A stretch of 61,119 bases of DNA, taken from Deltaproteobacteria bacterium (lineage in GTDB: Bacteria; Myxococcota_A; Polyangia; Haliangiales; Haliangiaceae). Below are positions 1-8,847 of the stretch, in pieces (the stretch's first letter is position 1; each line of letters opens with the position of its first letter). Where the stretch lies: assembly GCA_029565465.1 (NCBI GenBank), contig JAKQOD010000652.1, positions 1-61,119 of the forward strand. The letters are read 5' to 3'. Both the position numbers and the translations under genes were made by a program. The notes under the pieces were generated by a model. That model did not search any database and was not told where the DNA came from. It worked only from the letters and a program-made list of their open reading frames with translations.

Positions 1-1006
1 TGTACGCTTTGCCCGACACCAAGTTTTCGCAGCAAGCAGCCACCGCGTGCACTTCGTGTTCCGAGCCAAGCGTTGCAACGGCATCCATCGATGCGATCAC
101 GGCAGCGGCGCCCGACATGTCGACTTTCATGTCTTCCATGCCCGACGATGGCTTGAGCGAATAACCGCCGGAGTCAAACGTGACGCCCTTACCGATGAGC
201 GCAATTTTCTTTTTGGCTTTTTTGGCTGGCGTGTATTTGATGTGAATGAAACGTGCTTCTTGATCCGAGCCTTGGCCAACCGCCAAGAACATGCCCATAC
301 CGAGCTCGGCGCACTTCTTTGGATTGAGCACCGTCACCGTCAGCGACTTGTGCTTTTTCGCCAGCGCTTCGGCTTCGTGCGCCAACGCCGTCGGCGTGAT
401 CACTGCAGCTGGTTCATTGATGTAGTTACGCGCAGTATTGATCGCGCTTGCCACCACGGTGCCGCGTTCGATTTGCGCAGCTGCGTGTTTGGCATCCGAC
501 GCGCTGATCTTGTGCGCTTTGGCTTCGACGAAGAAGTTGATGGTTTGCAACGAAGGCTTTTTCTTGGCGTCTTCCGAGGTCAAGTAGCGATCGAATTTGT
601 AACCGCCAAGGTGCACACCTTCGGTTGCATGTTGCAGCGCTTTTTCGTCGCGCTTGCCACCGAGCGATGGCAACAAACAAGCAACGTTCACCGCGCTGAC
701 TTTGTTGCCGTACGCAGCGATGCACGCCGTGACGTCACGCAGTTGCGGCGATGAGAAATCGGCTTTGTTACCAAGGCCAACCACCAAGATACGTTTAGCT
801 GGCAATTTGCCTGCAGTGTGCAACCCAAGCGTTTGCAGGCTTTTGCCTTCAAACCCTTCGGACGCCGCAGCTTCAAGCACCAAACCGCTGAGCGCAGCAT
901 TGAGCGCCTTTACGGTTGCGTCCTTCGCGGGGTCACCAAAACAGGTGACGGCGAGCACATCGCATTGAGTCTCAAGCAAATTTCCAGCGAGAAGGCGCAA
1001 CTCCAT
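1..1006 (-). CDS. pepA: Leucyl aminopeptidase (peptidase M17), N-terminal ~335 aa; the 3' end runs off the window
   Basis: Absent from the ORF track because it is open at the window edge. Reverse-strand translation from the ATG at 1006-1004 reads MELRLLAGNLLETQCDVLAV... and reaches nt 1 as ...KKKIALIGKGVTFDSGGYSLKPSSGMEDMKVDMSGAAAVIASMD. This matches the M17 signature GKG.TFDSGG.SLKP / MK.DM.GAA. Confidence 0.85.
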   Translation of the reverse strand, partial: MELRLLAGNLLETQCDVLAVTCFGDPAKDATVKALNAALSGLVLEAAASEGFEGKSLQTLGLHTAGKLPAKRILVVGLGNKADFSSPQLRDVTACIAAYGNKVSAVNVACLLPSLGGKRDEKALQHATEGVHLGGYKFDRYLTSEDAKKKPSLQTINFFVEAKAHKISASDAKHAAAQIERGTVVASAINTARNYINEPAAVITPTALAHEAEALAKKHKSLTVTVLNPKKCAELGMGMFLAVGQGSDQEARFIHIKYTPAKKAKKKIALIGKGVTFDSGGYSLKPSSGMEDMKVDMSGAAAVIASMDAVATLGSEHEVHAVAACCENLVSGKAY

Positions 1007-1094
1007 GGGGGTAAATTCCTTTGTAAAGTTGAAGTGTTATAGGTGAGGATCCCCGGGATGTAAAGCCAACCGCAAACAAACCCAAGTGCCTACA

Positions 1095-1124
1095 TTGACA
1101 GATCGACGCAGCGATCCTTAGAGT
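1095..1124 (+). promoter_or_regulatory. Candidate sigma70-type promoter for the 74-aa gene
   Basis: TTGACA at 1095-1100, an 18-nt spacer, then TAGAGT at 1119-1124. A G-rich Shine-Dalgarno GGGGGGAG (1144-1151) lies 7 nt before the ATG at 1159. Confidence 0.35.
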
Positions 1125-1158
1125 CAAAGTACAACAAAGCTCCGGGGGGAGTTTCAAT

Positions 1159-1383
1159 ATGCGGAATTCAGCGATGACGGCGCGTCCTGCTGCACGTAAG
1201 GCAGCTCAAGAAGTACCTGGTACCGGCACACCTCGCGCAAAGAAGACGTTGGCGGTGGCGGCGGTAACTCGAAAGTCTGAACCAATTATTGCGATGGTGG
1301 AGCGTAAATCGTCTCCTAACCTGCCGGGATTACAAAAGAAAGCCGGCGAACTGCCGACGCCTCTGGCAACTTTTACGTTCTAG
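1159..1383 (+). CDS. Small basic Ala/Lys/Pro-rich hypothetical protein (74 aa)
   Basis: ATG with a strong SD and a promoter-like upstream region. Low-complexity basic body with a hydrophobic C-terminal tail ...GELPTPLATFTF. No family recognised. Confidence 0.55.
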   Translation: MRNSAMTARPAARKAAQEVPGTGTPRAKKTLAVAAVTRKSEPIIAMVERKSSPNLPGLQKKAGELPTPLATFTF

Positions 1384-1583
1384 TTTTCAGCTCACTTGGT
1401 ACACCAACGCGTTGTGGCCTTTCATTTGGCCCAGCGCGTTGTTGGTTTTCGGACCATTTTCGGACAATCGCTTAACTAGCGGTGCCAATTAGAGTATTTC
1501 GCCCTCAGAACTGCCGACCGGCACCCCAAAAACTGAGCGCAACACGGTTCATCTGCCTACCTTTCCAGGCTACATTGGGGCCG

Positions 1584-2690
1584 ATGGAAGTTTCGTATGT
1601 GCGTCATGCGCTTAGCAGTGCCGATGCTAAGGCGTATGCCGAATTTATGAGCAGCGCTCAGGCTGGTCACTATTTACAGGCACTCGCATGGGCACCTGTG
1701 GCCTGCCAACCTGGGGTTGGCCAACGCTACATCTTGTTTCGTGAACGCGGCAAACTCGTTGGCGCAGCTCGGCTATTGCGCCGCACCAATGGGTTACTGC
1801 GCTCCCCAGCAGCCGTCATTGAACGTGGCCCAGTAGTCCGCGATGTTAGCGATCTTGAACGTGTTTTGCCTGCACTGCTGCGTGTCACCAAGTGGCATGG
1901 CATCGACCAGCTTCGAATTCAGCCTTACTTCACGGGCAGTGACGGTGCCGCAGCGGCCGCCGTCGCATCACGCCATGGCTTTGAAGCATCCACCGATTTT
2001 CACGGCCCGCATACCTCAACCGTACGGCTCTCGCTCAACGAGCCGACCGCCGAGACCATCTTCAACAAACGCGAACACGCCGACCTTCGTCGTGAAGCAC
2101 GCAAAGCTAAAAATGCAGGCCTCGTTGTTCGCCGTGGCACGCAACAAGACCTCGCTGCGGTCAGCGCACTGTATGCGACCATGATGGAAGCGCAAGGCGC
2201 CAACGACCGACCGCCTGCGTATTTCAATTCCTTTGCAACCTTGATCGCAACCGATGCTGTCGCGTTGTTCTTAGGCGAAAACGGCAACGAACTCGATAGT
2301 GCCGTGATGATTGCGCGCCACCACGGCCAAGCCACGTTTCACCTTGGCGCATCATCATCAACTCGTCGGACCTACGGCAAAACCTTGTTGCCATTGTGGG
2401 AAGCTGCCGAATGGGCGCATGGCCTAGGTGATAAATGGTTTGATCTTGGTGGCGTACCGTCGCCTCAGGACACGGATGCAAAACGCCAAAGCATTGCCAA
2501 ATTCAAACATTATTTCGCGCGTGAAACCATTAGCCTGACACCTGTGTTGTCCGCTGGACCATCCAAGCTCAGCACTGCCTTGCGCGGTCTCAAACGCAAG
2601 CTGACGAAGTTGAGTAACTTCGGCAAAGTCAGCCTCATGTTGTTGGCCAGCTATATCTCGCCATTGACCGAACTCTGCGAGATTGCGTAA
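1584..2690 (+). CDS. FemAB-family / GNAT-fold peptidoglycan-bridge-type aminoacyltransferase-like protein
   Basis: Start re-picked to the ATG at 1584 (MEVSYVRHAL...). Features include HYLQALAWAPV, FHLGASSSTRRTYGKTLLPLWEAAEWAHGLGDKWFDLGGV and KFKHYF, which are typical of FemAB/FemX-like proteins. Confidence 0.7.
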   Translation: MEVSYVRHALSSADAKAYAEFMSSAQAGHYLQALAWAPVACQPGVGQRYILFRERGKLVGAARLLRRTNGLLRSPAAVIERGPVVRDVSDLERVLPALLRVTKWHGIDQLRIQPYFTGSDGAAAAAVASRHGFEASTDFHGPHTSTVRLSLNEPTAETIFNKREHADLRREARKAKNAGLVVRRGTQQDLAAVSALYATMMEAQGANDRPPAYFNSFATLIATDAVALFLGENGNELDSAVMIARHHGQATFHLGASSSTRRTYGKTLLPLWEAAEWAHGLGDKWFDLGGVPSPQDTDAKRQSIAKFKHYFARETISLTPVLSAGPSKLSTALRGLKRKLTKLSNFGKVSLMLLASYISPLTELCEIA

Positions 2691-2791
2691 CTCGCGTTTG
2701 CTTAAAAGAGTTTTTCGACCGGGCCTACGGGCAGATCAGAAAGCTGATTCGTGTTTCGGCCCAACTGCCGATTGAGGTTGGCCCCCCAACA

Positions 2792-3262
2792 TTGGTTGCA
2801 CAGGCCTGGCGCAAGCGACCCAATGGTAACTGGTGCAGTCACGATACGGTGTCCACCGCCTGCATCATCTCGATCGTCGACACCGCAGCACAAGTTCGAA
2901 ACCTTCGGCGTTTTCGTCTAGCGCAACCAAGCCTCGCCCCGGCACAAAAAACGTTGCAGCGGCTCAACGATCCGCAGGCCAAAAATGCGCTGTTTGTCTT
3001 GGGTTTTGCGCTTGCGAATGTCAAACGCTACGCCGAAGCAATCGAACCCCTGGAACAGAGTTTGCGCGATGCAGCAACGATTAAAGACAGCGGCGCACGC
3101 AATACCGCGATGCTTGAATATGCACTTGCCCGCAGCCTGCGCGGCACCAAACGCGATCCCGCACGGGCAAAACAGCTCGCGCAATCCGCGCTGCGTAGCT
3201 TTCGCAGCCTGAAAATCCAAGACGAAGTGCGCGACGTTGAAGCGTTCCTGGCGCAGCCGTAG
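2792..3262 (+). CDS. Possible TPR-like protein or gene fragment; start unresolved
   Basis: Only the C-terminal ~100 aa look protein-like (KNALFVLGFALANVKRYAEAIEPLEQSLRD...AKQLAQSALRSFRSL, helical-repeat-like). The track start is TTG and there is no in-frame ATG until late in the ORF. Confidence 0.3.
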   Translation: MVAQAWRKRPNGNWCSHDTVSTACIISIVDTAAQVRNLRRFRLAQPSLAPAQKTLQRLNDPQAKNALFVLGFALANVKRYAEAIEPLEQSLRDAATIKDSGARNTAMLEYALARSLRGTKRDPARAKQLAQSALRSFRSLKIQDEVRDVEAFLAQP

Positions 3263-3270
3263 CCAAGCGG

Positions 3271-3660
3271 CTACGGCGTTGCGGGTGGCACAGCAGCGCT
3301 ACCGCTTCCGGTGGCGGCACTGCCACTGCCCGTTGCCGCCTTGGCGCCGACGACGCCAGGGCCACGCGTGATCGGTGGCGACTCGGCCTTGGGCACCATT
3401 GACGGTGGCACGCATGCACCAAGTCCGTCGATGTCGTTGGCTTTAGCCCAACAGTTGCGCAACGACGCCGGCCACTTTTCTTCTTCGCATTTGGCAATGG
3501 CTTCGCTCAAATTGCCAAGGCCTTTGCCGATGCGGCTTACGTTTGCTGCAACTTCACTGCAGGTCGCTTCGTGCGGCTTTGCGGCGGTCTTTTTTTTGCA
3601 GCCAGCTGCCGTGCTCATGCACAGTCCGAATGCCAAGGAAGTTATCAACGTTGCTTTCAT
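3271..3660 (-). CDS. Lipoprotein, function unknown
   Basis: N-terminus MKATLITSLAFGLCMSTAAGCKKK is a signal peptide plus lipobox AAGC. Its ATG lies 3 nt after the stop of the upstream gene. Confidence 0.7.
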   Translation of the reverse strand: MKATLITSLAFGLCMSTAAGCKKKTAAKPHEATCSEVAANVSRIGKGLGNLSEAIAKCEEEKWPASLRNCWAKANDIDGLGACVPPSMVPKAESPPITRGPGVVGAKAATGSGSAATGSGSAAVPPATP

Positions 3661-3662
3661 AA

Positions 3663-4082
3663 CTACTTCTTCTTTCCCAACATGCCACGCACCAGCTTGC
3701 GTGCGCCAAGCGCAGTGCGCAGCATCGAGCGCGGTTTTGCCGGCTCACCATCGAGCACGCGGTCGCGTCGAAACGTTGGCAACGCACCCAACGATTTGGC
3801 CAATGCGAGCGCTAGTTGCAGCGGACTATCACCACGCGCTTCGACCGTTACGCGCTGACCAAGCGCTGCGTCTTCGAGCCCGCCACGCGCGATCGTGCGC
3901 GAACCGTCGCTGCGGATTTCCACTACCAGGCGAGCAACAACAGGCAACTCGTCGTCATCGACGCGGGTGACCCGTTCGAGTTCGAGCGAGTCGGTCGGCT
4001 CGCCGTACGGCGTCAGAGGTCGCTTCACCGGTTTATCGCTCACCTGCGTAGTGTTGCGTAGATCGCGATCCGCTGCAACCAT
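3663..4082 (-). CDS. Hypothetical protein
   Basis: 139-aa ORF with coding-like composition, abutting the downstream lipoprotein gene (operon-like). Confidence 0.55.
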   Translation of the reverse strand: MVAADRDLRNTTQVSDKPVKRPLTPYGEPTDSLELERVTRVDDDELPVVARLVVEIRSDGSRTIARGGLEDAALGQRVTVEARGDSPLQLALALAKSLGALPTFRRDRVLDGEPAKPRSMLRTALGARKLVRGMLGKKK

Positions 4083-4115
4083 GTAAGCCGCGGCTCACGT
4101 GCTACGCTGCCAGTC

Positions 4116-4841
4116 ATGCAAGCGTCTCAACTCGTTGTACCAGCTATGTTTGCAAGCACCCTGCTCGGCGCTGCCGGTTGTGGCGAAAACGCGGTGCCGC
4201 TCGACGCCAACCGTCGTGATGCGCCCCGTGACGGTGCAGTTGTTGATGCGCGGCCAGCCGATGCAGCTACGGCCGACGCCGCGTTGTGTGCAGCGGGCAC
4301 GTTCACGATGGACGGCACCCTAGACAACAGCGCGCGCGTGGTAGGCGGTGGCGTCACCACGTTGCGCCTCGCATTTGCGGTTTCTTCCGACGGCAAACTC
4401 TACGTTGCCACTGACGACGCCGGCGAAGGTAGCGACCATTTCATCGTGATATCGGCGACCGCACCAGGTGGCGCAACCCGCGCAGCACCGTTTGCCAAAG
4501 CCGGTACCGTCGCTGCTGGCTCGGGCCCGCTGTTGGCGCTCGCCGACGAAAATGACAATGATTTCGCAGGCTGGTTCCGCATGGAAGCAGGCGGCGGCGA
4601 CACCGCGTTAACCGGCGCGAGCTATGTGCAAAGTACTGGCGCCAACGGCGGCGTGCTCGAAGGCGTCGTCGACCTTACGGCTGCATTTGGGGCAGTACCG
4701 ACGACGATTTATCTAGCCGCAGTGCCATACGCAACTGCCGACGCTGGCGCCATGGTTAGCGCAGCGCAAACGCCGCAAGGTAATAGCGACGGCAGCGTTG
4801 ATGCGATGGAGTACGTGGCCGTCAGTTTGACCTGCCGGTAG
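4116..4841 (+). CDS. Lipoprotein, function unknown
   Basis: MQASQLVVPAMFASTLLGAAGCGEN is a signal peptide plus lipobox. The mature part is Ala/Gly/Asp-rich. Confidence 0.7.
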   Translation: MQASQLVVPAMFASTLLGAAGCGENAVPLDANRRDAPRDGAVVDARPADAATADAALCAAGTFTMDGTLDNSARVVGGGVTTLRLAFAVSSDGKLYVATDDAGEGSDHFIVISATAPGGATRAAPFAKAGTVAAGSGPLLALADENDNDFAGWFRMEAGGGDTALTGASYVQSTGANGGVLEGVVDLTAAFGAVPTTIYLAAVPYATADAGAMVSAAQTPQGNSDGSVDAMEYVAVSLTCR

Positions 4842-4856
4842 GGTGACGCGCCTACT

Positions 4857-5237
4857 TCATCCGGCAAAAACAACGACTCCATAGTTAGCGAGCTTTCGAT
4901 CGACGCTGACGAGTGGCAAGCCTTCGAGTTCAGCTTGAGCCACCAACATGCGATCAAACGGATCACGATGGTGCATTGGCAACTTGCCTGCTCGTTCAGC
5001 GTGCGCAATTGAGATCGGCAGCTCCACAAAACCACTAGCCGCAATCCCTTCGGCGACGGTTTGCGGAATCGTAAGCTTGCCAAGTTGGGCTTTGATGCTG
5101 CATTCCCAGCCAGTTGCGGCACTCACGTAGACACGGTCGGCCCGCGCGATAAACATCCGCATGTTTTTCGAGAGTCGACGATCTGCAGCGCGCCACCACA
5201 GAAAAATGTGCGTGTCCAAAAGACATGAAGGGTTCAT
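4857..5237 (-). CDS. vapC: Type II toxin VapC (PIN-domain ribonuclease)
   Basis: N-terminus LLDTHIFLWW and C-terminal HRDPFDRMLVAQA are PIN/VapC hallmarks. Its ATG overlaps the antitoxin stop codon as ATGA. Confidence 0.85.
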   Translation of the reverse strand: MNPSCLLDTHIFLWWRAADRRLSKNMRMFIARADRVYVSAATGWECSIKAQLGKLTIPQTVAEGIAASGFVELPISIAHAERAGKLPMHHRDPFDRMLVAQAELEGLPLVSVDRKLANYGVVVFAG

Positions 5238-5488
5238 TGCTCGTCCTCCGCACTACCTTCAAAACCAGCCAGTAGCTCGGGTGACAATTCGTCATCAAAA
5301 TCATCGGACATGCGGACCTTACCCTGCCAGCCTCCAGGCTTGCGTTTCACGGTAGGTGCAAGCGGCATCAGTCGAGCCATCGGCACACCATCTTTTGCGA
5401 TGATGATCTCCTGCCCTTTCGCGGCTTGATCCACCAACGCAGACAACGAAGTTTTCGCTTGGTACAGGTTGTAGGTTTTGACCGTCAT
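5234..5488 (-). CDS. Type II antitoxin, Phd/YefM family
   Basis: Start re-picked to the ATG at 5488: MTVKTYNLYQAKTSLSALVDQAAKGQEIIIAKDGVPMARLMPL, a typical Phd/YefM N-terminal fold sequence. It has a 4-nt overlap with vapC. Confidence 0.8.
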   Translation of the reverse strand: MTVKTYNLYQAKTSLSALVDQAAKGQEIIIAKDGVPMARLMPLAPTVKRKPGGWQGKVRMSDDFDDELSPELLAGFEGSAEDEQ

Positions 5489-5639
5489 TCGGCAAGCGTA
5501 CCATGCTTGACCAACTTGACCAACAACAATGTCGAACAGGTAGCGTCGTGTCAACGTGTCAAGCTATTCGGCGGCTACGCACGCTACTCGATGTCCTCGA
5601 AAGACAACATTCCATATTCAGTTGCTTGCGCCATCGAAG

Positions 5640-6239
5640 TCAAGCCTTCCAAAATCCTGGTTCAAACTCTAACCGTCGCAACACTTGAGGAAAGTCGACT
5701 TTGGCTCGCAGCCAAATAGTATCTTCGACGGGCGGCTTGCCAGCATACCCTGCAAACGGATACGGAAACCGATCCGCTACCTCGACAGTTTTGCGCCAGG
5801 TTTTGCATGGCTTAAACGTTTTGCCGCTAAACGTCGCAGTGCCAGCACTGAGCTTTACGGGATACACGTAAAAAGAAAATGTCGGCTTGCCCGTGTAGAG
5901 ATGCAAAGCTTGGCGCAATTCTTCGAGCCACGCTTCCTGCGCATAACGAGCGCTGTCGTATACGCCGACCCACGGCTCGCTCGTCCCTTCGACATCCAAC
6001 GCAATCGCTAGCCCCGGCGGCAAAACCGCGTAGCCAATCTCACCGGTACTTTTCACATCGTCGCTGACACCGGGCTCGCCGGGCTGCAACTCGCCATGTA
6101 GCGTCGACCAAAAACGCGTTAGGCCAGCAATCACTTCGTCGCGGTTGGCGGTCTGTACATATACGCCGCCCATGCGCAGCTTGCTGACGTCGCCGCCGAA
6201 ACGCAGCATCGGCAATTTGCCAAGTTTGACTTCGCTCAT
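5640..6239 (-). CDS. Hypothetical protein
   Basis: Coding-like 199-211 aa ORF. The start is either ATG at 6239 (MSEVKLGKL...) or GTG at 6275. No motif recognised. Confidence 0.55.
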   Translation of the reverse strand: MSEVKLGKLPMLRFGGDVSKLRMGGVYVQTANRDEVIAGLTRFWSTLHGELQPGEPGVSDDVKSTGEIGYAVLPPGLAIALDVEGTSEPWVGVYDSARYAQEAWLEELRQALHLYTGKPTFSFYVYPVKLSAGTATFSGKTFKPCKTWRKTVEVADRFPYPFAGYAGKPPVEDTIWLRAKVDFPQVLRRLEFEPGFWKA

Positions 6240-6318
6240 ACGCCAATATAACCGCGCCGGCCTCGTTACCGGCACCTATTCGTTATGCAAACGTCACAAG
6301 CGCGACCGACGATGCGCC

Positions 6319-7971
6319 ATGCTTCTCCGAATTTCAGCGTGGCTCGCACCATTGCCTCTGTGCGCTGCATTAGCTTGTTCAAGCAGCCAGCCTGGCCACG
6401 GCGCGCACACGGCGCCGCCGGCGCGCTTGGTTGTGTTGATGGTGATTGACCAGCTGCCCGAATGGGCGTTTGAAGCAAAACAACCGCACTTCACAGGCAT
6501 GTTGCGTTGGGCCGTCGACACCGGCACCTGGACCGTAGGCCAACATCCGTCGGCAGCAACGATGACGGCGCCGGGCCATTCGCTGCTTGGCACTGGCATG
6601 CCGCCTGCGTACAGCGGCATCATTGCGAATGAATGGTGGCACCGCGATCTGGGAAAGTCGCTCAAAAGTGTGGAAGCGCTCGACGGTGGACGTTCCACGA
6701 TGTGGCTGCGCGTGCCTGGCATCGGCGACGCGATGGCGCGTGCCGTCCCTGCAGCCAAAGCCGTTTCGATCAGCCTCAAAGATCGCGCGGCGTTGCTGCC
6801 GCTGGGGCAAAGCGGCGGCACTGCCGTCTATTACGACTCACAAAAAGTAGCCTGGGCCAGCACCAAGCCAACATCCTGGGTGAATCAACTCAATCAAACC
6901 TCGCCGATTGCAGCGCGGCTTGACTACGAATGGACAGTCCGAAACCCGGACACGATTGCCACGCTGAGTGGCGGCCCTGACAACCAACCCGGTGAGCTTG
7001 GCGAAAAAGGTTTTGGCCCAACCTTTCCGCATCGTTTGCGCGACACCCAAGATCCTGCCGACGCTGTTTTCGCGACCCCGCTTGGCAACGAACTGGTGAT
7101 CGAAGCCGCCGAAGCCGCGGTGGTCGCCGAGCGCCTCGGTGCCGACGATGTTACCGACTATCTTGTCGTTAGCTTCTCCGCCAACGACTACGTTGCGCAT
7201 GGCTGGGGCCATGAATCGTGGGAAGCTTGGGATATCGCGCTGCGGCTCGATACTTCGCTGGCCGACTTCAAAGCGTTTCTCGACGCCAACGTCGGCCAAG
7301 ATCGCTGGTCATTGATCGTGACATCCGATCACGGTGCGGCACCACTACCCGAACGCCGCGTCGCAGTGGGTCGAGTTGGGGCCCGCTATCCTTATCAAAA
7401 GATCATCGATGCAGCGCAAGCCGCAGCTACCGCCGCCTTAGGCCCCGGTGCGTGGGTCGCCGACGCGCGCTACCCAACGTTGTATCTGTCGGCGGCTGCG
7501 CTTGCGCTTCCTGCAACCAAACGGGCTGCCGCGCTGCAAACCATGCGTGCGGCAATCGCGCGGGTGCCTGGTATCGCAGCAGCGCATCTCACCTCAGACA
7601 TCGCCGGCCATTGCGAGACGCGCAGCGGCGATGAGGCAGCCGTGTGTCTTGCGCTAGATTCCGAGCGCTCAGGCGAAATTGTATTTTTACCGTCGGAAGG
7701 CACGGTCCTGCACGAAAGTGATGAAGCGGTTGCCACCCATCACGGCTCGTTGTGGCCATACGATCGGTTGGTGCCGGTACTTCTCGTTGCACCAGGCTGG
7801 CGTCGCTCAGCCCTGCCCGCGCTGCCCGCGTCGTTGCGCCCAACCCGCAACATCGCAATGACCCAAATCGCCCCGACTGCTGCGATGTGGCTCGGCTTGC
7901 CTGGTGATGCCTTACGCAATCCTGCCGTGCCCGCTGGTTTGCTGCAAAGCGACCCGTTGCAGCCGAATTAG
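6319..7971 (+). CDS. Alkaline phosphatase-superfamily protein (nucleotide pyrophosphatase/phosphodiesterase type), lipoprotein
   Basis: Start re-picked to the ATG at 6319: MLLRISAWLAPLPLCAALACSSS (lipobox). VVLMVIDQLP, TMTAPGHSLLGTG, SFSANDYVAHGWG and IVTSDHG are metal-site motifs of this superfamily. Confidence 0.8.
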   Translation: MLLRISAWLAPLPLCAALACSSSQPGHGAHTAPPARLVVLMVIDQLPEWAFEAKQPHFTGMLRWAVDTGTWTVGQHPSAATMTAPGHSLLGTGMPPAYSGIIANEWWHRDLGKSLKSVEALDGGRSTMWLRVPGIGDAMARAVPAAKAVSISLKDRAALLPLGQSGGTAVYYDSQKVAWASTKPTSWVNQLNQTSPIAARLDYEWTVRNPDTIATLSGGPDNQPGELGEKGFGPTFPHRLRDTQDPADAVFATPLGNELVIEAAEAAVVAERLGADDVTDYLVVSFSANDYVAHGWGHESWEAWDIALRLDTSLADFKAFLDANVGQDRWSLIVTSDHGAAPLPERRVAVGRVGARYPYQKIIDAAQAAATAALGPGAWVADARYPTLYLSAAALALPATKRAAALQTMRAAIARVPGIAAAHLTSDIAGHCETRSGDEAAVCLALDSERSGEIVFLPSEGTVLHESDEAVATHHGSLWPYDRLVPVLLVAPGWRRSALPALPASLRPTRNIAMTQIAPTAAMWLGLPGDALRNPAVPAGLLQSDPLQPN

Positions 7972-8771
7972 GATTTCGGAAACTTGATCTCAAACGCCGC
8001 ACCGATGTTGCCATTACGATCGCCCATGGCAATCCAACGTTGCGCACCAGCGGCAACGCCACGCCACACCGGACCGGCAATCGTCATCGGTATCGCGGTT
8101 TCCAGTATCACACTGTCGCCATGGATCGCGCTGATATAAACCAGATGCGTACGTGGCGCAGCAGGGTCTGGTTTGGCGTCGTAGAAATACAACCAATTGG
8201 TATCGAGAGCAGCTGCGTAGTTCGCCAGTTTCGCGCGCGCAACCTTGCCACCTTTTATGCTGCATGAATTGCGCACACCTTCGACCGCCGTTGTCACCGC
8301 GCCAAGCCCCGTCCACGTCGCTGCGGCTTGACGCTCGCTGGCAGCCGCTGCGCGTTGCGCTTTGTTCGCTTTGTCGACGACAAACGTCAACAACGGCAGA
8401 TCTTTCGCCAGTTGATACGACTTGCCGGGTTGCAACGCTTGGGTCGGTTGCACAAACTTGCCAAACATCGATTCGCCTAGCACTGCCAGCTTAATATCGG
8501 CACCTGTGCACGCTTTGGTTGCGTCACACGACGCCGACGTTTGCCGAAGCGTCAGCCCGGCGCCGTCGTCGATCATTGTCACGAAGAAGAATGGCTGCAC
8601 ATCCACCGTGCGCTGCAGCTTCGTGCCATCCGCGTACGGCGTGGCCATAAACGCCGCATGTGGCGGCCCCTCTGGTGGGTCACACGCCTGCGCCGTTTTG
8701 CTTTGCGCAAAGGTTGTTGCTGCCATGGCGAGGCAAAGCGCCGAGCTGAACTTCACTTGATTGGGTCGCAT
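7968..8771 (-). CDS. Secreted hypothetical protein
   Basis: Signal peptide MRPNQVKFSSALCLAMAATTFAQS. The body is coding-like with no recognisable family. Confidence 0.6.
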   Translation of the reverse strand: MRPNQVKFSSALCLAMAATTFAQSKTAQACDPPEGPPHAAFMATPYADGTKLQRTVDVQPFFFVTMIDDGAGLTLRQTSASCDATKACTGADIKLAVLGESMFGKFVQPTQALQPGKSYQLAKDLPLLTFVVDKANKAQRAAAASERQAAATWTGLGAVTTAVEGVRNSCSIKGGKVARAKLANYAAALDTNWLYFYDAKPDPAAPRTHLVYISAIHGDSVILETAIPMTIAGPVWRGVAAGAQRWIAMGDRNGNIGAAFEIKFPKS

Positions 8772-8816
8772 GTAACCTTCGACGCGCTGGCAATCCTCCA
8801 GGTCTACCCGCAGACC

Positions 8817-8841
8817 AGATAAAATGCGCCTCGCGGCGCAT
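8817..8841 (-). terminator. Candidate intrinsic terminator downstream of the serpin gene
   Basis: On the minus strand: ATGCGCC-GCGA-GGCGCAT (7-bp perfect stem, 8824-8841) followed directly by TTTTAT. Confidence 0.45.
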
Positions 8842-8847
8842 CAGCCC

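Noticed and set aside
47-968. Track ORFs 47-754(+), 654-968(+), 426-725(-) and others at the left edge
   Set aside because: They overlap the convincing minus-strand pepA reading frame, which is open to the window edge. Their translations are Arg/Cys/His-rich nonsense, so they are antisense or off-frame artefacts.
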